This document shows positions 57,649-64,000 of a DNA stretch of 64,000 nucleotides, piece by piece; the first letter of the stretch is position 1, and every line of letters begins with the position of its first letter. Location of the stretch: NCBI GenBank assembly GCA_038064855.1, contig JBBTSE010000007.1:87699-151698 (forward strand). The letters are read 5' to 3'. The DNA is from Patescibacteria group bacterium (GTDB lineage Bacteria > Patescibacteriota > Minisyncoccia > Ryanbacterales > GWA2-47-10b). The translations under genes were made by a program, and so were the position numbers. The notes under the pieces were generated by a model. The model worked only from the letters and a program-made list of their open reading frames with translations, made no database searches and was not told the origin of the DNA.

Positions 57649-58215
57649 GTGAAAAACACTAGTGTCTTCATCACCATCGACGGAGTCGATGGTGTCGGAA
57701 AGACCACGGTGGCGCATCTTTTGGCCTCCGATGGTATATTCCACTACTATAAGTCGCCGGCTGGGCCATTCGCTCAGCTTAGGAAAGAAGTTGACAACCA
57801 CGCAACACCAATTGAGCGGTACTGCTTCTATCGAACAGCGACACAGTATGACTCAACCAAGATCGGCCAGCTACTGGAGAGAACTTCGGTAGTGTGTGAC
57901 CGCTACATCACATCCACAGCTGCCTACCATATCGCTATGGACGCAAGGATTCGAGTCGTTCATAACGATGAGGGGCTACTCAAGCCACACTTCGCGTTTT
58001 TGCTCGGTGCCCGTTCCGAAGTCCGCGACAAACGGATACTTGAACGTGCGGAACTATTGAGTGACGCAAAACTTGAAGGAGACAGCGCACTGCTTGATCG
58101 GGTCGCTCAAATCTTCATGTCGTTTGGTCTGATCTACATTGATACCAGCGACATCACCGCGGAGAAGGTAGCCATAGAAATCAAACGCATTGTTTCGCGG
58201 GGAGGACGAACATGA
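57649..58215 (+). CDS. Thymidylate-kinase-fold nucleotide kinase, CMPK2-like
   Basis: IDGVDGVGKTT, KSP, VVCDRYITSTAAY, LLKP. Confidence 0.8.
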   Translation: MKNTSVFITIDGVDGVGKTTVAHLLASDGIFHYYKSPAGPFAQLRKEVDNHATPIERYCFYRTATQYDSTKIGQLLERTSVVCDRYITSTAAYHIAMDARIRVVHNDEGLLKPHFAFLLGARSEVRDKRILERAELLSDAKLEGDSALLDRVAQIFMSFGLIYIDTSDITAEKVAIEIKRIVSRGGRT

Positions 58216-59210
58216 ATATTAAACCTCTCTCATATGCTCATATCATATCTATCGCTGACGCGTGGCGTGATATGGGGGGTAATGCCGAAGTGGAAATCGG
58301 TGCGCTTGAACCGCTTTTGTGGCGGGATGGGCAATACCGTATCCACGACGTCATCGGCATACTTACAGAACGTGGTTTCAAGGTCTCGATGACCACCAAC
58401 GGTCAACTGCTAGACGTCTTCGCAGAAAACTTGAGCCGTGCTGGTCTGTCGCTCATACGGACAAGTTGGCACTCAACCGATCCATTGATGTTCAAAGAAA
58501 TCTCCGGAGGTTATGGCGATTATGCTCGGTTTATGCGTGGAGTAACACTCGCGCTTGAATCAGGCATCAAGGTCGCTTTCAACCGAGTCCTCTTCAGAGG
58601 GTATACGGATGATATCTCGGAACAACTGACGTTTGTCGAACGCTACAAAAGCCGACTCAAGCTATATACCCTCATGTGGACACCGCAAAGCGCGTCTACA
58701 CACAAGAAGTTCTATCAAGACTGGCGTCCAGTGGTGCGAACATCGGTATTGCCACGCACCATTCAGATTGTCAGAGTGAAAAAGCAACTCGGGCGCGGTC
58801 GTCTTCGGTTCCATTTGGCTGCCGGCGGATCTGTTGAGGTAAAGTTGGGAGACGCGCTGGATCGTAGTATTAACCCCTGCTCGTCGTGTTCATTTAAAGA
58901 TGAATGTGAAGAGGGGTTCGGTGACTATATTCGGGTTGACCCACGACTACATCTCTACTTCTGCTACATGCGTAGGGATATCGGTTTCCAAATACCCGAG
59001 TATTTCGGAAGACCGGAGAATCTGAAGCAGAAGTTGCAAGAGGTGCTTGGGGATACGAATGTCAAGAATCTCCTTGCGACTGCACCTTTACGTCTCACTG
59101 TGACACCGTTCTGCAACTTCAACTGCAGATCGCCTGGAGAAGAGCGGGGGTGGTGCATGGAGGAACCGGGTGAATATGCTTATCCGAAAATCCGCCCTTC
59201 TCTCCTGTAG
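58212..59210 (+). CDS. MoaA-like radical SAM protein with C-terminal CX3CX9C motif (apparent circular permutation)
   Basis: GALEPLL (GGEP-like), MTTNGQLL, auxiliary Cys 223/226/232/251, C-terminal LRLTVTPFCNFNCRSPGEERGWC. Confidence 0.75.
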   Translation: MNIKPLSYAHIISIADAWRDMGGNAEVEIGALEPLLWRDGQYRIHDVIGILTERGFKVSMTTNGQLLDVFAENLSRAGLSLIRTSWHSTDPLMFKEISGGYGDYARFMRGVTLALESGIKVAFNRVLFRGYTDDISEQLTFVERYKSRLKLYTLMWTPQSASTHKKFYQDWRPVVRTSVLPRTIQIVRVKKQLGRGRLRFHLAAGGSVEVKLGDALDRSINPCSSCSFKDECEEGFGDYIRVDPRLHLYFCYMRRDIGFQIPEYFGRPENLKQKLQEVLGDTNVKNLLATAPLRLTVTPFCNFNCRSPGEERGWCMEEPGEYAYPKIRPSLL

Positions 59211-59243
59211 TAAGAAAGTCTCGATGCCGTGTAAGTTTCAAAC

Positions 59244-59822
59244 TTATGCGGCCTTTTTCTTTGGTGGATTTGCAAACGTAATTTCCGGTAATTTGATTAT
59301 CGTGGTAGCAGGAATACCTAATTCTTTTTCGTATACAAGATCGATGCTTCCGAAAATAGCCTTTTCAAAATCAAAACCAAGCTCTTTCGAAACTCCTCGT
59401 ACTATTCCTTCCGTCCCTGCTTCTATCTCCACAAACGGGTTAAGACCTGGCCACGTATCAATGGTAACCTCTGATCTCTCACGCATCCATACTTCGCGCT
59501 TATTTTCTTGAGATGCTTTTGCAGGAATATTACATGCCTCAAAAAAAGCTGAGGCAGTCTCAAAATCATTCACAATAAGTTCGACTTCAAAAGTGTCATC
59601 AATGCCCGATCCGCGAACCTCTTTGACGGTCATGGTAATTTTATTGGATTCTTGTCGAACCCGCCCCCATTTATTTTTCCCAGGTGCAACGTGCGAAAAG
59701 TCAAAGGTTTTTCTGCGCATCACATACTCCGGTATTTTCAATTCAAAGCCTATCTCTTTTAACTTAGCGCGAACTAAATCTTTATTAATTGAAAGAAATT
59801 TTGCCTCAATTTCATTTTGCAT
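59244..59822 (-). CDS. CYTH-domain (class IV adenylate cyclase/triphosphatase) protein
   Basis: EIEAKF, RVR, EVE, KRE, DTWPGL..FVEIE. Confidence 0.85.
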   Translation of the reverse strand: MQNEIEAKFLSINKDLVRAKLKEIGFELKIPEYVMRRKTFDFSHVAPGKNKWGRVRQESNKITMTVKEVRGSGIDDTFEVELIVNDFETASAFFEACNIPAKASQENKREVWMRERSEVTIDTWPGLNPFVEIEAGTEGIVRGVSKELGFDFEKAIFGSIDLVYEKELGIPATTIIKLPEITFANPPKKKAA

Positions 59823-59864
59823 AGCTATACCCTAACATAATCCTTTAATGAAAACCATATTGAT

Positions 59865-61460
59865 TTACTTTACCAACACAGACGCCTTTGCCTGAGAATC
59901 GGCGGCGATATATTTGGGTTTCATGCCTACTTTGAAGTATTTTTCGTCTTGGTAGGTGCGTAAAACAATGACGGGTCGAGTGCGTTTCTTGGTATTTTTT
60001 GAAGACATGTCGAGATATTCTAAATTGATGCGTTTCAACATTTGCACAACAGCATTTTCTAGCTCTTTTGCAAAAATCTTGCTCGGATGTACGCCTACGC
60101 GAAGCTCAATATTGATCTCAAAATATTCGTCCATATTTTTCAGATAGTGCTTGTGCATCACAAATTTGCCCGTGATTTTCTCCAAAAACGGTTTATGGTT
60201 GAGTGCGAGGTGAATATGCTCGGGGTAAATATTGGCGGCATAAAAAATCATCGTCTGGTCAGTGCGGCCGCCCAGCTTTACAAACGGCAATTGCCACATA
60301 AAATTGCGCGCGTCTTCTCGCACAAATTCACCGCGCCAGTTTTTGTGTGATGTATCGAGTGCTTCTGTCGCCTTACCAAACGGCACTACTGCTCCCCCAT
60401 CATGTAGGTTGTAGCGGATGAGCGGCAAACCGCTGGCTGATGTAAATACCAAACTTCCCTCTTCTGATTCAATCCAGCGCATCAGTGGGTTGTATTGGAA
60501 AATACTCGGCACCCAACGCGTGTCGGTAAGCTTTTTTTTGAAATCAACGCTCTTTTGCATGAAGTTGCGTACATATACCGAGAGTGGTGTCTCCCACGCC
60601 ATCAACAAAAGCTCTGATGAGCCGTAGGTACTGACAGCCGTACGCAGGCCAAAATCTTGACCTGATTCTTTGATGACATATTTGCGCCAGATTTCATTGA
60701 ACCCTTCGCTGCAAAACATAAAGCGCAATTTGGTCTTTGCCCAGCGAATCCCCTCGCGTCTACCGGTCTCAACGACATCTTTGATAAAAAATGGATGGCC
60801 TACGAGCACTATTTGATCATATTCGCTTTGCAAATTTTTAACAGTACGCAAGATCTCAGCTTTGTTGTTACCCGCGCTCACCACCGTCATATTGTACTGG
60901 GGTTTGTCAGCTACCATCATGCTCGGCATAAAAGTGGCGATGCCTGATACATACACACCCATAGGAAACCCAATCACCAGTAGCGTGCGATGCCGGTCGA
61001 TATCAAATGAGTAGCGATAAATAAGCTCATGGATGATAGCCGCCTCGTATTCTTGGTATGACCCGCGCGGCCAAAAAGTTGGCTCACCGGTAGTACCCGA
61101 GCTGACAGCGGCAATCTTGGCGCCTTCTACTTTGCCGTCCCAACTACGATCTTTGAGCGAGTAGGCGTTGATATAGTTGCGCTTGTCAGTAGTAGGTACG
61201 CGCGCAAAGTCTTTGATCGTGCGGATTTTGGCTGGATTGATTTTGTGTTTTTTCAAAAAGTCTTTGTAGGCAGGTACACGCTTTGCCGCCTCATGAAATA
61301 TCTGCAAGGCGCGGCGCTCCCCTGCGCGCACCCAAAATGATTCAGGTGCGGTCTCGAGTAAGCGCGCAAAAGCACTCGTATCAAACGAGGAAAATTCCGA
61401 AATCCAATTTTTCTTTTTGCGAAAGTCGAGCTTTTTGAGAATGTCAGACCCGCGTATCAT
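59865..61460 (-). CDS. Phenylacetate-CoA ligase (PaaK)-like adenylate-forming enzyme
   Basis: VPAY, SSGTTGEP, YGSSE, PLIRYNLHD, GRTD, NIYPE. Confidence 0.82.
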   Translation of the reverse strand: MIRGSDILKKLDFRKKKNWISEFSSFDTSAFARLLETAPESFWVRAGERRALQIFHEAAKRVPAYKDFLKKHKINPAKIRTIKDFARVPTTDKRNYINAYSLKDRSWDGKVEGAKIAAVSSGTTGEPTFWPRGSYQEYEAAIIHELIYRYSFDIDRHRTLLVIGFPMGVYVSGIATFMPSMMVADKPQYNMTVVSAGNNKAEILRTVKNLQSEYDQIVLVGHPFFIKDVVETGRREGIRWAKTKLRFMFCSEGFNEIWRKYVIKESGQDFGLRTAVSTYGSSELLLMAWETPLSVYVRNFMQKSVDFKKKLTDTRWVPSIFQYNPLMRWIESEEGSLVFTSASGLPLIRYNLHDGGAVVPFGKATEALDTSHKNWRGEFVREDARNFMWQLPFVKLGGRTDQTMIFYAANIYPEHIHLALNHKPFLEKITGKFVMHKHYLKNMDEYFEINIELRVGVHPSKIFAKELENAVVQMLKRINLEYLDMSSKNTKKRTRPVIVLRTYQDEKYFKVGMKPKYIAADSQAKASVLVK

Positions 61461-61466
61461 ACAAAA

Positions 61467-63032
61467 TTAGACGATAGTACGAAGTGGAGCAGTTGAGCGC
61501 GCCAGGCGCACGATACGAGGTAGCTCTGCGGTCAGTACGCGATCTTCAATAATCACGGGCATTTGTGTACGCACCGCGTCATACAGACTGCGTGAGGTGG
61601 TCGCAAGATCGTCTTGAATTTTCATAAAATCAACAGTTTGAGCGAGCGTAATCATCTCGATAGCCAATACCACAAATGCGTTGTCGATGACTTTTGCAGC
61701 CATGAGCGCGGCATCGGTACCCATACTCACTATATCTTGGTTGTCGCCATTGGTCGAGATTGAATGCACATTGTGCGGATATGCGAGTGTCTGATTTTGC
61801 GCGGTAGTCGAGGTAGCGACAAACTGTAAACCTTGGAGGCCAAGCGTAAGCCCCGGCTTTTTAAGATTCATAAATGGTGGGAAGGTCTTGTTGATCTTGT
61901 CATTGAGGAAAAAATTGGTACGACGCTCAGCGAGCATCGTGAGCTTGGCAATACCGGCTTTGAGCTGGTCAATAGCTACAGCAACATAATCACCATGAAA
62001 GTTACCGCCGTGTAAAAAGGCACCGCGCTCAACATCTACGATTGGGTTGTCAGTCACCGCGTTCATCTCAACCTCAACATCGCGCTTTACGCGCGCGAGA
62101 GTATCGAAGATGGGCCCGAGTACCTGTGGGATGCACCGGATAGAATATACTTGCTGTACTTCTTCGGGGATCTGATAGACGCTATGATTGACCTCAAACT
62201 TTTCTTGAAACTCGTGGCGGTCACGCAAAAGTTTTGATGAGCGCAAAATATCACGCATGAGTTTTGCTACCATCACCTGCCCCGCGTGTGGGCGGAGGTC
62301 GTGAAGTTTTTCTGAAATAGCGTCGCTAAAACCGTGTACAAGCTCGAGTGCGAATGCACCGTTTTTGATGGCGAGCGCCATAAGCTGTTCGGCCTCGCGG
62401 CAAAGTACCGCAGAGATACCGGCCATGACCGAGGTACCATTGATGAGCGCAAGACCTTCTTTTGGTTGGAGCTTATATTCACCAATACCCAGGCGCGCAA
62501 ATATATCAGCAGACTTTTCGCGCTTGCCTTCATACATCGCTTCGCCCTCACCAATGAGTGCGAGTGCGATATGTGCGAGCTGTACCAAGTCACCACTGGT
62601 ACCGACAGCGCCGTGCTCGGGTACTATCGGGATGATGCGCTTGTTGATCATCATGAGGAGGCGTTCGGCAAGCGCACGAGAAATACCCGAGTATCCTTTG
62701 ATGAGCGTATTGAGGCGCACGATCATCGAGGCGAGCACATACTCGTCACGAATAGGGCGGCCAATGCCTACCGCATGACTGCGCACGAGATTATACTGGA
62801 GTTCTTCGAGTTCGGTCGCGCCAATGATATACGAAGCCATAGGCCCAAAGCCGGTATTGATGCCGTAGATGACTTTCTTATCAAGCGAGCTATCGACAAA
62901 TGCCTTTGAACGCTCGATTTTAGCGAACGCTTGGTCAGCAATCTCAATAGTCACCTCGGAGTTAGCGAGGACTGCGTTGATATCGTCAATCGTCAGATTT
63001 TCACCAGTGAGTACGATGCGTCGTCCAGACAT
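61467..63032 (-). CDS. MIO-dependent aromatic amino acid ammonia-lyase, TAL/PAL type
   Basis: YGINTGFG, GTSGDL (MIO), KEGLALINGT, DNP, HGGNFHG, NQDIVSMG (not the HAL-type QEDHVSM). Confidence 0.85.
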   Translation of the reverse strand: MSGRRIVLTGENLTIDDINAVLANSEVTIEIADQAFAKIERSKAFVDSSLDKKVIYGINTGFGPMASYIIGATELEELQYNLVRSHAVGIGRPIRDEYVLASMIVRLNTLIKGYSGISRALAERLLMMINKRIIPIVPEHGAVGTSGDLVQLAHIALALIGEGEAMYEGKREKSADIFARLGIGEYKLQPKEGLALINGTSVMAGISAVLCREAEQLMALAIKNGAFALELVHGFSDAISEKLHDLRPHAGQVMVAKLMRDILRSSKLLRDRHEFQEKFEVNHSVYQIPEEVQQVYSIRCIPQVLGPIFDTLARVKRDVEVEMNAVTDNPIVDVERGAFLHGGNFHGDYVAVAIDQLKAGIAKLTMLAERRTNFFLNDKINKTFPPFMNLKKPGLTLGLQGLQFVATSTTAQNQTLAYPHNVHSISTNGDNQDIVSMGTDAALMAAKVIDNAFVVLAIEMITLAQTVDFMKIQDDLATTSRSLYDAVRTQMPVIIEDRVLTAELPRIVRLARSTAPLRTIV

Positions 63033-63250
63033 AGGGTTAAAATGCTTATCTGCGAGGCCTTTTTGGCCGTATATATTAATGGGCTTTACTATACACTATT
63101 TTTGCTATTTTGTCTAGTATGCCCGTTCACAAAGAAATACGGCACCTGCGCCATATTTTTGCCTATATCTATTGTACCACAACGCTTATAGCCCAAAGAC
63201 TCTATAGACTTTTGAAAAATGGATATCTTACTATATGCTTATCGATAGCT

Positions 63251-63931
63251 ATGGCAGTTACCACCCTACACAAGAAAATTAAAGAAAGACACTTGATAGA
63301 AAAATTGCTCAAGATGGAAGGGCTTATCACTGATCAAGAAATAGTTGATCTTCTTTTGGTTTGGTGCGCGTTCAAGCCTACGGCAATGATTGAACTATCA
63401 TATTACCCGCGCTCGAAATTCTCTCGAAAGGACTTTCTGGAAAAAACTGGCGAGCTTGAAAAAATCTTTAAAAAAATAGGTTTTCATTATCAATTATATA
63501 TTAACCACCCAAAGAATAAAAAAGAGATTACACGTTATAGTTGCGTAGCAAGAAGTGAGAAAAAACTCAACGAGCTCCTCGCCGCATATTCTGAAAAAAA
63601 TATAAAAGTAAGACGCCTTAAACTTGGCGCATTGCTCGGCTACCCTGTAACGGCGGTGAGAGCCTTTGCAAACGGCACATCATTGCGTTTGGAGGATTTG
63701 CCTACAAGTATCTTGCGAAAAGACGAGTTAAAATTTCTAAACTTTCGATTATCAAAGCATTGGGACGCAGAGCTTGCGTATCTCAAGAGAAAAGCCGAAA
63801 CCATACGAAAAGTAGCCCCTGATTTTTTTACAAAAATCATCAATAAGCCCAAAAAGGTCTACAGCCCGAAGATTTTACGAAATCCGTCAGCTACTTCAAC
63901 TCGTTTTTCTGTTGCCTCGGGTGTGTTGTAG
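63251..63931 (+). CDS. Basic AT-rich hypothetical protein
   Basis: ORF with LGALLGYPVTAVRAF motif; 3' end overlaps the convergent gene. Confidence 0.55.
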   Translation: MAVTTLHKKIKERHLIEKLLKMEGLITDQEIVDLLLVWCAFKPTAMIELSYYPRSKFSRKDFLEKTGELEKIFKKIGFHYQLYINHPKNKKEITRYSCVARSEKKLNELLAAYSEKNIKVRRLKLGALLGYPVTAVRAFANGTSLRLEDLPTSILRKDELKFLNFRLSKHWDAELAYLKRKAETIRKVAPDFFTKIINKPKKVYSPKILRNPSATSTRFSVASGVL

Positions 63932-64000
63932 TTGGGTTCTAGCGGCGCATCGAGTGATACAATAGCGCGATTGTTCTCGAGTGGCTGATTATTTAAAATC
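63859..64000 (-). CDS. 3' end of a gene entering from the right edge (possibly ThiF-family)
   Basis: Hand translation ILNNQPLENNRAIVSLDAPLEPNYNTPEATEKRVEVADGFRKIFGL*. Confidence 0.45.
   Translation of the reverse strand, partial: ILNNQPLENNRAIVSLDAPLEPNYNTPEATEKRVEVADGFRKIFGL

Noticed and set aside
58212-59210. Housekeeping MoaA (molybdopterin synthesis)
   Set aside because: No moa/moe genes nearby, no C-terminal GG motif, altered GGEP, and a kinase-linked context
61467-63032. Histidine ammonia-lyase hutH
   Set aside because: Has NQDIVSM rather than QEDHVSM, no hutU/hutI neighbours, and is coupled to an acyl-CoA ligase
945-63852. Numerous 60-210 aa ORFs overlapping or antisense to recognised genes
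   Set aside because: They are shadow frames of well-supported genes and show no recognisable motifs

Overview
This is chromosomal DNA from a reduced-genome bacterium, most consistent with Patescibacteria/CPR (Parcubacteria-like). That assignment is inferred from the short ProRS and AspRS lacking insertion domains, the minimal HolB-like protein, two MreB paralogs and many TANNNT-N6/7-start junctions. About 1-33 kb is mostly + strand housekeeping: murC, murA, mreB x2, mreCD, mrdA, frr, rseP, proS, greA, lysS, mraZ-rsmH-ftsL-ftsI-murF, tRNA-Glu, a P-type ATPase, rmuC, rplU, ctpA, rplI and pyrG, with a minus-strand recR-dnaB-cysS-corA block. About 33.4-63 kb is mostly - strand: rpmA, a PD-(D/E)XK nuclease, an M23 peptidase, gltX, murG, ftsW, murD, a D-aminoacylase, mraY, a DD-carboxypeptidase, scpAB, aspS and a 1503-aa secreted repeat protein. 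Main points of interest: (1) a cassette at 57.1-59.8 kb with a Gre-like protein, a CMPK2-like kinase, a radical SAM protein whose cysteine motif sits at the C-terminus (apparent circular permutation) and a CYTH enzyme, reminiscent of viperin/CMPK2 nucleotide defence; (2) surrounding it, a TAL-like ammonia-lyase, PaaK-like ligase, nitroreductase and 7TM histidine kinase, a possible small-molecule signalling cluster; (3) two dif-like 11-6-11 sites near the gene-orientation switch, bracketing an unannotated 18-aa toxin-like sORF; (4) a 6S-RNA-like structured ncRNA candidate; (5) a second, synonymously diverged copy of the murF 3' end flanking an inserted HExxH gene. All family assignments come from motif recognition and recalled sequences only; no searches were run.
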